From assembly GCA_905233585.1 (NCBI GenBank), contig CAJOFD010000003.1:4201-68200 (forward strand): a stretch of 64,000 nucleotides of DNA. The letters are read 5' to 3'. A program made the position numbers and the translations under genes. The first letter of the stretch is position 1. Every line of letters begins with the position of its first letter. Below the pieces are notes generated by a model. It saw only the letters and a program-made list of their open reading frames with translations, did no database searches and was not told the DNA's origin. Positions 38,438 to 47,874 of the stretch are shown piece after piece. The DNA comes from an uncultured Bacteroidales bacterium (lineage in GTDB: Bacteria; Bacteroidota; Bacteroidia; Bacteroidales; WCHB1-69).

Positions 38438-39972
38438 TGGCCAAAATAAGAAAACCTACCGACAAGCAACTCCTTCAAGACTGGGAAGCCTACTACAATC
38501 AGTTTATTGCCGATGTGGAAGTTGACTCTTCCGAAACCGAATTCCAGAAGCAGCAACGCATCGCCCGCTTGGAAGCATCTCCCGAAGACTGGTTCAAGTA
38601 TTATTTCCCCAAATATTGCACGGCAGAACCTGCTAATTTTCACACAGCCGCCACCAAGCGTCTGCTCGCTCATCCACGCTGGTACGAAGTCCGTGCGTGG
38701 AGTAGGGAACTTGCCAAATCGGCTCGCTCCATGTTCGAAGTCTTGTATCTTGCCTTAACCGGAAAAGTATGCAATTTCCTCCTCGTCTCCAACAGCTTCG
38801 ACAATGCCTGCAGACTGCTCTTGCCATTTATGATACAATTAGAAAAAAACTTACGAATTATAAACGATTACGGTGAACAGGAAACAATAGGACATTGGGA
38901 AGCCTCTGAATTTATTGCCAAATGCGGTTGCTCATTCCGGGCATTGGGAGCAGGTCAGTCGCCCCGTGGTACCCGCAACGAAGCCAAACGCCCTGATTTC
39001 ATTCTCATTGACGATATTGACACTGACGAGGAATGCCGCAATCCCGACCGTATCAAACAAAAATGGGATTGGATAGAACAGGCTTTAATCCCTACAATAT
39101 CCGTCTCTGGTGATGCACGAATATTGTTCAACGGAAACATCATCGCCAAAGACTGCTGTATAGCACGTGCCGGAAAAGTCGCCGACAAGTTCGACATTGT
39201 CAACATCCGCGACAAACACGGCAAGAGCTCTTGGAGCAAAAACACCGAAGAGGATATCGACTTTATCCTTTCCAAAATCTCCACCCGTGCAGCACAGCAG
39301 GAATATTTCAACAACCCCCTCTCCGAAGGCGATGTCTTCAAAGAACTGACTGTTGGGAAAATACCGCCTCTGCACAGATTTAAGCAAATAATAGTTTATG
39401 GCGACCCTTCTCCGTCCAACTCCAAAAACAAAGCCGGCTCCATGAAAGCCATTGCCGCCATCGGTGTCTTGGACAATATTTACTATGTAATAAAATGCCG
39501 TGTCGACAGGGCGACAAATGCCGAGTTTGTAGATTGGTTCTACGATATTAACGAAACACTGACCGCTCCGCAAACGCAAATCTACAACCTTATCGAAAAC
39601 AACAAACTTCAAGACCCCTTTTATCAACAGGTCTTTATCCCTTTGTTTGTTGCCAAAGCCAAAGAAAAAGGCTATTATCTCAATATTGTTCCCGATACAA
39701 GAATTAAGCCCGACAAATTCAGCCGTATTGAAGGCAACCTTGAACCTCTCAACCGCAATGGACGACTAATCTTTAACGAGGCAGAAAAAGCCAACCCTCA
39801 CATGCAGCGGCTTGAGGAACAGTTTCTCCTCATCACCCCGCAACTAAAAGCTCCTGCCGACGGCGTAGATGCTGTTGAAGGAGGAGTTTATATCGCAACC
39901 CAAAAACTACGGCAATTTTCCGCCGAACAACTTGTGCTTGTAAAAAGACCGCTAAACAAACGAAGAGTATGA
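38428..39972 (+). CDS. terminase large subunit
   Basis: 514 aa. ATPase Walker-B-like PDFILIDDIDTDEE and a C-terminal nuclease-size domain. Located next to the small-subunit-like gene. Confidence 0.75.
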   Translation: MFIMAKIRKPTDKQLLQDWEAYYNQFIADVEVDSSETEFQKQQRIARLEASPEDWFKYYFPKYCTAEPANFHTAATKRLLAHPRWYEVRAWSRELAKSARSMFEVLYLALTGKVCNFLLVSNSFDNACRLLLPFMIQLEKNLRIINDYGEQETIGHWEASEFIAKCGCSFRALGAGQSPRGTRNEAKRPDFILIDDIDTDEECRNPDRIKQKWDWIEQALIPTISVSGDARILFNGNIIAKDCCIARAGKVADKFDIVNIRDKHGKSSWSKNTEEDIDFILSKISTRAAQQEYFNNPLSEGDVFKELTVGKIPPLHRFKQIIVYGDPSPSNSKNKAGSMKAIAAIGVLDNIYYVIKCRVDRATNAEFVDWFYDINETLTAPQTQIYNLIENNKLQDPFYQQVFIPLFVAKAKEKGYYLNIVPDTRIKPDKFSRIEGNLEPLNRNGRLIFNEAEKANPHMQRLEEQFLLITPQLKAPADGVDAVEGGVYIATQKLRQFSAEQLVLVKRPLNKRRV

Positions 39973-40057
39973 TAGATATGTACGGACGATGTTCACATCG
40001 TCCCCATAATGACAAAATAAAACACTAAATAATAACAATTTAAACAATAATTAAAAA

Positions 40058-40291
40058 ATGATTAAAGTATGGAAACGATTTTTCAGATACATGCGGGTAC
40101 GCAACGCAATCCGGCATGCAGACAGGATGAAAAAATTAACAGGAAAACGACACTATGTTATACAAGTCAACAACAGAATAAGGGTTTACGACCGCTCTCA
40201 CATCAATTGGCTCATCGCAAAGGGCGTCTTCTACAAAAAACTCAAAAATAACTTCGAACTCACCAAAATTTGCATCTATTACACCAAATAA
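40058..40291 (+). CDS. phage hypothetical protein, basic
   Basis: 77-aa ORF. Confidence 0.35.
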   Translation: MIKVWKRFFRYMRVRNAIRHADRMKKLTGKRHYVIQVNNRIRVYDRSHINWLIAKGVFYKKLKNNFELTKICIYYTK

Positions 40292-40299
40292 AAAAGATT

Positions 40300-40878
40300 A
40301 TGGCATTAATAAAAAGATTCAAGGATTTTTTGCTGCGTAACAGCATTCAAAATCAAGATTATATTGTCGGATACGACAGTGATACAGGTGAAGAAATAAG
40401 GATAAAGGCAAGTGCCTTGCAAGGTGCTGCCGGCAAAAGTGCAGACATCCAATTTTCGGCAGAAGGCGACAGCTGGCACTATCCCATTACAGACGGCGAC
40501 CTCTATATCCGCATCCGCATAGGCAGCGGAGCATGGAATGTGGCAAGATTTGTAGCGGAACAGCCCGAAGTTGGCTCTCTATCATTCAGCGATGAAAGTC
40601 AGGAACTGCCAATAGATTCAGAAAGTTTTTCTGAAGAAATCACACTGCATCAAGTTGCCAAAACAGGTAGCTACGATGACTTAGCCGACAAACCGACACT
40701 GCTAACCGATATACAGGAAGATATAAGCCCGTCTGATTTCGGAGCATTGTCTTTAAATGCAGATGAAATTGAAAGTGTAAATTCGGGAGAAACCGTTGAT
40801 TATCTACTCGCAGACATAAATGGACAAATCGTTAAAATCAGCCTGTCAGACTTAGCAGATTTGCTTAACAATATGTAA
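40300..40878 (+). CDS. phage hypothetical protein, acidic
   Basis: Start moved to MALIKRFKDF (ATG 40300). Followed by a bidirectional terminator. Confidence 0.45.
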   Translation: MALIKRFKDFLLRNSIQNQDYIVGYDSDTGEEIRIKASALQGAAGKSADIQFSAEGDSWHYPITDGDLYIRIRIGSGAWNVARFVAEQPEVGSLSFSDESQELPIDSESFSEEITLHQVAKTGSYDDLADKPTLLTDIQEDISPSDFGALSLNADEIESVNSGETVDYLLADINGQIVKISLSDLADLLNNM

Positions 40879-40901
40879 TCATTTTGCCTTCGGGGGCAGG
40901 C

Positions 40902-40932
40902 AAAAAAAAGCCACCAAAAAGGTGGCTTTTTT
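40902..40932. terminator. bidirectional intrinsic terminator
   Basis: aaaaaaaAGCCACCaaaaaGGTGGCTttttt: a 7-bp GC-rich stem flanked by an A-run and a T-run, between convergent genes. Confidence 0.8.
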
Positions 40933-40943
40933 GATTATTCGCA

Positions 40944-41141
40944 CTATTTGAGTGCTGTGATGAGTTCCTGTACTATAAGAATATTAGAATCTGTTTTGTC
41001 GCTGCCGTAGCGGTCTTGGTCACGAAGAATATAGTGAATATATTCGTCAACTATCGTACTTAAGGCTTCTAACAATTCCTCTGGATAGACAGTATATGTC
41101 GCGTCTTTTATTGCTTGTTTTAGTTGTTCTTGTTCGCTCAT
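40944..41141 (-). CDS. phage hypothetical protein
   Basis: 65-aa ORF with a 4-nt overlap with the Bro-N gene. Confidence 0.45.
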   Translation of the reverse strand: MSEQEQLKQAIKDATYTVYPEELLEALSTIVDEYIHYILRDQDRYGSDKTDSNILIVQELITALK

Positions 41142-41662
41142 AGCTCACCTCCTTCCACCATCTCTTTGCAGCCTTCTAAGCGGAACCTTCGATAGGCTGA
41201 CTCTTCTGCTCTTGCTAACCATTGCTTTTTCACATGTTCGGGAATAACAACATACTCCCCATGTTGCCTTACGCTGTAGCTACCAGTCTTGCGGATGCTC
41301 GGCAATACCTCGCCTGTGACCCACTTCCGGAATACCTTCGCCTCCTGCTTGTTGCTACGAATAATGAGTGAATACATACCACTCTCTGATACAAGAAGCG
41401 TCTCTTGTTGTCTGCCAAGAGAATCGGTGAGGTAAACTTTTCTTACCTCATCTTCGTCCAGTGGTTGGATAGCTACTTTGTGATTGGAATGTTTCAATAT
41501 GTCGCAAAGGTCTTTTACGACAAACCAAGGCTCTCCGCCTATGATTTCCACCCTTACCGGCTGGTTACCCGGATTGAAGGTGAAAGTTTGCAGTGCGGTC
41601 TCTCCCGCCACCCCCTGTACGGACGCGCCATGGCACGTCCCTTTGTTAATTTCTTCGTTCAT
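41138..41662 (-). CDS. BRO-N domain protein (antirepressor-like)
   Basis: FNPGNQPVRVEIIGGEPWFVVKDLCDIL...SESGMYSLIIRSNKQEAKVFRKWVTGEVLPSIRKTG; classic Bro-N motif set. Confidence 0.8.
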   Translation of the reverse strand: MNEEINKGTCHGASVQGVAGETALQTFTFNPGNQPVRVEIIGGEPWFVVKDLCDILKHSNHKVAIQPLDEDEVRKVYLTDSLGRQQETLLVSESGMYSLIIRSNKQEAKVFRKWVTGEVLPSIRKTGSYSVRQHGEYVVIPEHVKKQWLARAEESAYRRFRLEGCKEMVEGGEL

Positions 41663-42051
41663 TTTGCGATTTTTTTAGAACGTTTAACAAAAATGCCCGG
41701 TACGTGTTGTTCAGGATAAAATCGCTAATCCTTGCGGGCATTACTGTTGCCGCACACGCCGAGCATAACTCTTTACTTACTTATTATAGGGTATAAAAAA
41801 AGCTGTCAATTGCCTTTTGCAACGCCAGCGGTCTTCATACCGCGATTTTATTTGAACGCTGCAAAGGTAACACATTTTTTTTATTCAAAGAACGTTTTTC
41901 AAAAATTTTTTTCATTTTTTTCGGTGGCTGAGCCTGCCGAAGCCACCTGTTTTTCTTACAAAGATACTAAAAATTAAGCAATTAAGCGGTATTTTTCAGG
42001 TAATTTTTATCAACATTTTTTTTGTTTTTTTCAACATTTTTCTTTATTTTT

Positions 42052-43203
42052 TCAACATTTTTTCTCAAGATAAGGACATGTGTTTTTTATTGTTTTCTTA
42101 AAAAGTTTTTCAAAAAAAATAGAGAGTCCTTTTATTATATATGAATCTGGAATATTTATTTGTCGCAAAATATCAAAATATTCTATAAAAGACGTGCAGT
42201 TTTGCAATTCGTTCTCTTTCAGTATTGTATTGAGAGCCACCAATTGTTCGCCATTTAACACTTCTGGAATATACGCAACTCGATGCCATAGCCATCCATC
42301 TTCATCAAAATGAGGTGTATTGCTATACAATAAAATGCCTCTCTCAAGCTCATGTTTGCCGTCAAACATTAACCATGCGATAATTTCGACTAAATGGGCA
42401 TAAAAGTTTTTTCTATCTTCTTGCATATTATTACTTTTGCTGTTATTCATATTATTTTTTCCTTTATTAATCAACTCTATAATCTCAGATTTACGAAGAG
42501 GTTTTTTATTCAACTGCATAACTAACTCCAACATCTCACTATCCGTAAATGAAAAAGTATAGGGATTGTTTGTATCACTCTTTTTATCTATCCTAAAAAT
42601 GTCTTTATAGATGGTTTGTATTGTTCCAAAAGGAACATTTCTTTTTAATTTAATCAACTCGTCAAAGGCTTTTGCATTGATAAACCATGCTTCGTGTTTT
42701 CCAATGGGTAATTTACAATAATTGCAGGGTTCTAAATGTGAAAGAAAGTAGGTTGGGGCTGATTCATAACCTAAATATCTGGCAATCGGAGCAAATTTTG
42801 CAAATATCTCTCCTTTGTTCACATATACTTGATTGGACAATCTCCCCATTTTTACTGTAATTACTGTATTTTCAGGAAACGGCATGCCGCTTTTTTCTTC
42901 GAGTTGTAATTTATTCAAACTTTCTTTTTCGAGTTCAAACCACCTCATGATAAGTTTTGCTCTGTCTTTATCATTAAATTTGGTGGCAACATATAAACTT
43001 TCAAGCATTGAGAGCTCAAACATAGGATTTTTCTTGCCCGAAGCATCAATGTATTCACTGAAACCAAATTTGGTTCCAGTGATGAAATACCATGCTTTTT
43101 CCATATTGCGAATGTCCCGTAATATGTGCGAATGTGTTTTCCCTGTAATTTCTGCTAATTGTAAACTTGTTAATTTGTTTTGTTTTAGAATAATTTCATT
43201 CAT
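42052..43203 (-). CDS. Rha-family phage regulatory protein with long C-terminal extension
   Basis: N-terminus LTSLQLAEITGKTHSHILRDIRNM matches the Phage_pRha motif. The 383-aa gene is clearly more AT-rich than neighbouring phage genes. Confidence 0.7.
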   Translation of the reverse strand: MNEIILKQNKLTSLQLAEITGKTHSHILRDIRNMEKAWYFITGTKFGFSEYIDASGKKNPMFELSMLESLYVATKFNDKDRAKLIMRWFELEKESLNKLQLEEKSGMPFPENTVITVKMGRLSNQVYVNKGEIFAKFAPIARYLGYESAPTYFLSHLEPCNYCKLPIGKHEAWFINAKAFDELIKLKRNVPFGTIQTIYKDIFRIDKKSDTNNPYTFSFTDSEMLELVMQLNKKPLRKSEIIELINKGKNNMNNSKSNNMQEDRKNFYAHLVEIIAWLMFDGKHELERGILLYSNTPHFDEDGWLWHRVAYIPEVLNGEQLVALNTILKENELQNCTSFIEYFDILRQINIPDSYIIKGLSIFFEKLFKKTIKNTCPYLEKKC

Positions 43204-43328
43204 ATTATTTTTTAATTTTTTTTCGTTTTTTTTAATCTGTTTTGCTGTTATTTAATTTTTTTGTTGTACTTTTGCAGATGGAAAGTCGAGTGTGAAAGAA
43301 TTCCTTGTTCTTCTGCGACTTTCTTTTT

Positions 43329-44420
43329 TTATTCGGGTTCTGTAATTGAATATAAATCTAATGTTCCATTTTCAAATTCCCCTAATTTTACCTGAAACTC
43401 GTATTGGTTTATTTTTAACTTGTAAACTTTCATGTGTTTAAATAGTTTTTTACGCTGGTAAAATATGCTTCTATGATTATTGTGGGACAAATCAATATCC
43501 TCATCTCCGATGAATTCTAATTTTTCAACATATTGGTCAAAATGTTGGGCAATTTCCTGTTTGTAGAAATATGATTTGTCAGATTTGGCACCTTTGCTTA
43601 TTTCTTTTACTGTAATGCCGTCATAAAGAATTTTTCCAATCCCGGTTTCAAACACCTTTTTGTCATCTTTGTGGTTTGCTCTAAATATTTCACGTTCGGT
43701 ACGGATAACGTAAGTGCCCGTTTCTTTCGGCAATCTTCTGAAATATGAACACTTGTCCGTAAAAATTTCACCAGTTTTTGCGGGGTTGCCTTCCAGACCT
43801 TGGGAGTAGATGTCTTTGGGTCGGTAGGAGGAAGGCTTATCGTCTGTCTCTTCCCAGTCGCATTTACAGTTCCACAGGTTGCCCGGCTGGTTGTGTTGCC
43901 AGAACTCATCTGTCTTGGGCAATACCAAACCGTAAAATGCCACGTGTTCTTCCCTGCGGGTGGCAGAGCGTGAGGGCAACCATTTCAGGTTGGGATAGAG
44001 CATATTACTTGTCGAGTCGGAGGTAAAATCCATCCATTGCTTGGCGGTTCTTGCTCTGGCCACAGCCGTATTGTATTCCGCCGCTTGATAACGGTTGAAA
44101 GTGTTGATAATAATAGTGGCGGCATTGTCAAATTTATCTGGCTTTTCGGCATAATATTGTTTCAATTGCTCGGTAAGCATATAGGCCTTGTAGGCGGCAA
44201 AACGGCTTACATTGGCATTGAATTGTGCCTGTATATCGGCATATTTTTCGTTTTTAGAAAAAACTCCGCTCACAGCATTGCGAAAGTTTTCTGCGTATGC
44301 CTTATACGCATCAGGGTGAATATTTCCTGCTTGTCCTGCTTTTACATCAGAGAGGATTTTTTTGTACAGTTCCTTTTTGGAAAGGTTGTACAAAATAGGA
44401 AAACTGCTCACTGCTTCCAC
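43329..44420 (-). CDS. Mu F-like / SPP1 gp7-family head morphogenesis protein
   Basis: Directly follows the portal-size gene. HNQPGNLWNCKCDWEE is a Cys-pair motif typical of this family. Confidence 0.65.
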   Translation of the reverse strand: MEAVSSFPILYNLSKKELYKKILSDVKAGQAGNIHPDAYKAYAENFRNAVSGVFSKNEKYADIQAQFNANVSRFAAYKAYMLTEQLKQYYAEKPDKFDNAATIIINTFNRYQAAEYNTAVARARTAKQWMDFTSDSTSNMLYPNLKWLPSRSATRREEHVAFYGLVLPKTDEFWQHNQPGNLWNCKCDWEETDDKPSSYRPKDIYSQGLEGNPAKTGEIFTDKCSYFRRLPKETGTYVIRTEREIFRANHKDDKKVFETGIGKILYDGITVKEISKGAKSDKSYFYKQEIAQHFDQYVEKLEFIGDEDIDLSHNNHRSIFYQRKKLFKHMKVYKLKINQYEFQVKLGEFENGTLDLYSITEPE

Positions 44421-44500
44421 AACAGCAAGCGGACTGTTGTGGAAATAGAGTTTGTCAAGGTTGGCAAGAACTTGGCGGACGGACAGGTCAGAGCCTGTCC

Positions 44501-45811
44501 TTATAAAAAAAAACTTTTCAAACGGTTCAACAGGTTGTTAGCTTTGCTTGGCTTGCTATGTTGCTCCTCATTGAAAGGGTTTTGCAAAGCGTTTTCAAAG
44601 GGATTAAAAGAGGCTTGCATTCTCATTTCCTCTTTCAATTCTTCGTAATTCTCCGGCTTGGGAATGTCAAATTCTTCATATATATAATCGTCATCAACGG
44701 GAACTCTGTCTGCAATGGAGTTGATGATATTCCATTTTGTCTGCAGTTCGTTCCAGTCTTTGTCGGCAGAGCGGTACCAGATGTCTCCGTCTGTAACATT
44801 GAAGCCGAAGCGTTTCAAAATGGCTCTGAACTTAGTATTTAGAATAGACAATATAAATTGTTTGTCATTCGCGGTTTTGGCATCTTCCACTTCCTTATGA
44901 ACTTCGCCAAGCGAACGTGCACCTGTTTCGCCTTGTTCTGTTGTGAGTGTGTTGCCGAGTATTGTTTTAGAAATGGAAGCGTCGCAAGCGGCTATAAGGC
45001 TGTTGTAAACATCGTTAGAGCCTGTCGAGCCACCTGTTTGGTGTATTTTAAGTTCTGCAGAGCGAGGGTGAAGCGAATACCCTGCTGCTCCCCATTCCTG
45101 TAAGCCTTGTTCGAGTTTCGCACGTGTTGCTTCATCATAATCATCGTAAACCATCTCACGGAATGGCATGCCGAACATCTCTGCAAATTGTGACCAGTCT
45201 CCGAAGCCGCCACGCTTGTATATTACATATTGTGCTGCTTTTGCAAACAACCCCTTATCGGTTTTGTCGCCCGCCCACAGCATATAGTTGGCCAACGGAG
45301 GCTCCATATACATCCAGTCTTTGGTCGCCATGGATTGTTGCCGGCTGATGCACTCAAATCCCTCTTCCGGATGCACGTGCTTCCTCGGTATCAGGTCAAA
45401 GTCTATCTTGTAGCTTTCTTCTGTTTCATCGTACCAAATGTTGTTCACCTGTATCAGCGTATATCCCCATGCAATGGAGTTGTGCAGTTCTTTGATAAGG
45501 ATACGCATATCTGGTGAGTTTAGCAACTTGCAAATTTGCTCATCTTCGACGCCGTCTTTAACGAATATCAATTCTTGGTTGAGTACGGCATCCTGTCGCT
45601 TGCCCCATGTGGCTTCTATTTGCCCGTCCAACAGTATGTCTTCATACAAGTCATACAAAGCGGTTCTGCTGGGATTGACAAGGTTTTCAAAGGCTTTGAC
45701 AGCCGTTTTCCAATTCTGAATATCCTGCGTATTGTGCGAAGCATTCTGAATATTGATATTGTTGACAATTACATTGTCGGGTTTCTTCTTTTTTTCGTAT
45801 TTTACTGCCAT
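44501..45811 (-). CDS. portal protein (Mu gp29 / DUF935-like)
   Basis: 436 aa; size and position upstream of the MuF-like gene. Confidence 0.6.
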   Translation of the reverse strand: MAVKYEKKKKPDNVIVNNINIQNASHNTQDIQNWKTAVKAFENLVNPSRTALYDLYEDILLDGQIEATWGKRQDAVLNQELIFVKDGVEDEQICKLLNSPDMRILIKELHNSIAWGYTLIQVNNIWYDETEESYKIDFDLIPRKHVHPEEGFECISRQQSMATKDWMYMEPPLANYMLWAGDKTDKGLFAKAAQYVIYKRGGFGDWSQFAEMFGMPFREMVYDDYDEATRAKLEQGLQEWGAAGYSLHPRSAELKIHQTGGSTGSNDVYNSLIAACDASISKTILGNTLTTEQGETGARSLGEVHKEVEDAKTANDKQFILSILNTKFRAILKRFGFNVTDGDIWYRSADKDWNELQTKWNIINSIADRVPVDDDYIYEEFDIPKPENYEELKEEMRMQASFNPFENALQNPFNEEQHSKPSKANNLLNRLKSFFL

Positions 45812-45824
45812 TGTTTATATTTTT

Positions 45825-46112
45825 TTAATTATACTTTTTTCTACTTAATTCATAAAAAATTTCCTCATCTTGAACAAACAAGTCTTCATTATTCAATAGA
45901 AATAATTTATTATGAGGGAATAATCTTGTAAATTCTTTCCAAATGTTGCTTTTCCGAACAAAATGTTCACCGTATTCGGCAAAAATAAATTTAGGTGTTA
46001 TTTCAATACAATAATCACCGTTTTTATAGCATCCACATCTTATTTTAGTAATGCCTTCATAAGCATTAAATATTAGATTTGCAACGTCTATCATAAATTC
46101 TCTGGCTTTCAT
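45825..46112 (-). CDS. small hypothetical protein (AT-rich cassette)
   Basis: 95-aa ORF, one of three consecutive AT-rich small genes. Confidence 0.45.
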   Translation of the reverse strand: MKAREFMIDVANLIFNAYEGITKIRCGCYKNGDYCIEITPKFIFAEYGEHFVRKSNIWKEFTRLFPHNKLFLLNNEDLFVQDEEIFYELSRKKYN

Positions 46113-46117
46113 AAAAA

Positions 46118-46372
46118 TTATTTATTTTTTTTAAGTTTCCATACCTTACAAGTTCTCCATTTTTTTATATATTGACTTCCTACATAATCTATGCAAACAT
46201 AAGAAGGCTTTCCAGAATTTGAATATTCAACAAACTTTATTGCCAGTTCGCATTCTGTTTTATGTTTGCACACTTCTGTTTTTCCTGTTTTTGCATTGTA
46301 GCGTGTAGCCCAACACATCCCTTGTTCCACTTGTTTAATTTCTTTATCATTCAATAACATCATAACCTTCAT
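46118..46372 (-). CDS. small hypothetical protein, Cys-containing (AT-rich cassette)
   Basis: 84-aa ORF. Confidence 0.45.
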   Translation of the reverse strand: MKVMMLLNDKEIKQVEQGMCWATRYNAKTGKTEVCKHKTECELAIKFVEYSNSGKPSYVCIDYVGSQYIKKWRTCKVWKLKKNK

Positions 46373-46619
46373 TTCTCAATTTTTCTAATTCATCATGTAA
46401 GTATCCTCCTTTAAGAATAGGGTATTTGGCATCAAAAGATAACATTGGAAACATATATGTATGTTTTATCGCATGATATTTTATGTATATTTCATTTCCT
46501 ACCTGCTCAAAATAATAGAGCCGTCTGCCGCTATCCTTTTTATACCTTATTCTTTGACCAAGAGAATAAATTAATCCGTCTGAGCAGATTATCATAATAG
46601 GTTGTTTTATTTGTTTCAT
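46347..46619 (-). CDS. small hypothetical protein (AT-rich cassette)
   Basis: 90-aa ORF. Confidence 0.45.
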   Translation of the reverse strand: MKQIKQPIMIICSDGLIYSLGQRIRYKKDSGRRLYYFEQVGNEIYIKYHAIKHTYMFPMLSFDAKYPILKGGYLHDELEKLRNEGYDVIE

Positions 46620-46654
46620 TTTTTCTATTTTTTTAATTTTTGTTGGTTTTTTCT

Positions 46655-46966
46655 TTATTTTTCATCGTCAAACAAGTTCAGTTGTCCGGGCAAGGCGTCT
46701 TCCGGTATTTTCCTTTTTGGATATACCAGCCGCCTGTTTTCGGGTGTTGCGGCAGCGGCTTTCGCTTCCGCTATCTGTCTGTCCAAGTTCGGCATATTGA
46801 TAATATTAATAAATTTCTGATAACTCATCGGATACACAGGATTGACATATCTGCGCCATACCGCCGCATAGGTGGTAAAACCCTCTTCATAGTACTCGTT
46901 AACTATCTTGATTACATTCTTGCAATAGAGCAGATAATTAAGTCTTCTTTTACGTTTTGTTTCCAT
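46655..46966 (-). CDS. phage early hypothetical protein
   Basis: 103-aa ORF. Confidence 0.45.
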   Translation of the reverse strand: METKRKRRLNYLLYCKNVIKIVNEYYEEGFTTYAAVWRRYVNPVYPMSYQKFINIINMPNLDRQIAEAKAAAATPENRRLVYPKRKIPEDALPGQLNLFDDEK

Positions 46967-46978
46967 TTTTTCATATTA

Positions 46979-47374
46979 TTATTCAATTCCCAATTCTCCA
47001 TTGTTCATTTTGCGGGACAGGTTGCCCATCATCAGGCACACGTGCCGCTCTTTCTGGTAGTCTATTTCAGCCAATATCCAATATGCCAATGCTTTTTCGT
47101 AGGGAGAAAAAAACGCTGCCAAATTGCCCAGCATGTCCGCGATGGACAAGGTTTCCATATCGGTCAGGGTGATATTGTTTTTGTCTTTCAACTGCCAGAA
47201 ACGGCTTTGTAGTTTCACTTGCAAACTAAAGAGAGCATCTCTGTATTGTACGCTTTTCAGGTCGGTGCCTGTAAGCGTGTTTAAACAGTTTTTAATCACC
47301 GTTAAAAAGCTCTCGTATTGCATTCTGTTCAACTTCAAATGTGCTTTCATTTCTTCTAAAATTCGTTTTCCCAA
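46979..47374 (-). CDS. phage early hypothetical protein
   Basis: 131-aa ORF. Confidence 0.45.
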   Translation of the reverse strand: MGKRILEEMKAHLKLNRMQYESFLTVIKNCLNTLTGTDLKSVQYRDALFSLQVKLQSRFWQLKDKNNITLTDMETLSIADMLGNLAAFFSPYEKALAYWILAEIDYQKERHVCLMMGNLSRKMNNGELGIE

Positions 47375-47874
47375 CGGCGTTGGTCTATGTATGTTTCCGG
47401 ATATACCCGCTCAATACGCTTGCTTTCTGCAAACCTCTTATAGCGGGCAATGGCTCCGATGGCGAGTATTCTTTCCTTTTCCGGCAACAGATTCCATTTT
47501 TTCTGCACTCTCGCTTTGTTGCCCACCTTGTATGCGTAGGTGTCCCAAAAATTGGCAAAAGAGGTATCTATTTGGCTAATCTCTTTGATTTCGCAGCCCA
47601 CTTGCAACCAGTGCTGAAACTCTTTTACAGGACATAGGGCTTGGTAGGTGATGACAACAGGTGTTTCTTTTAGCCACAGTTGCTTGAACTTGGCTGGGCA
47701 TTGTTCCGCCCATTGCACCTGTGTAAGTTCGTAGGAGTTTGGCGTGGCCGTAGGACAGTAGGTGAGCAACAAGGCTCGCTCTCTAAATCTGCTCGGTTCT
47801 ATGCTGAATTTTATTTCGTTCATATTTTTGTTCTTAAAAAATGGACGGGGACAGAGCCCCGTCCGGTGATACAT
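47356..47874 (-). CDS. phage early protein with FxxFWxxY...RRWENE-type C-terminal motif
   Basis: FANFWDTYAYKVGNKARVQKKWNLL...YPETYIDQRRWENE resembles a widespread phage/plasmid replication-associated motif. The true start is probably MNEIKF (~47823). Confidence 0.45.
   Translation of the reverse strand: MYHRTGLCPRPFFKNKNMNEIKFSIEPSRFRERALLLTYCPTATPNSYELTQVQWAEQCPAKFKQLWLKETPVVITYQALCPVKEFQHWLQVGCEIKEISQIDTSFANFWDTYAYKVGNKARVQKKWNLLPEKERILAIGAIARYKRFAESKRIERVYPETYIDQRRWENEF

Noticed and set aside
41732-41977. An 81-aa plus-strand ORF in the Rha/Bro intergenic region.
   Set aside because: It has no promoter or RBS-like context, and it spans the hairpins interpreted as regulatory structures. 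Its composition is typical of non-coding sequence.
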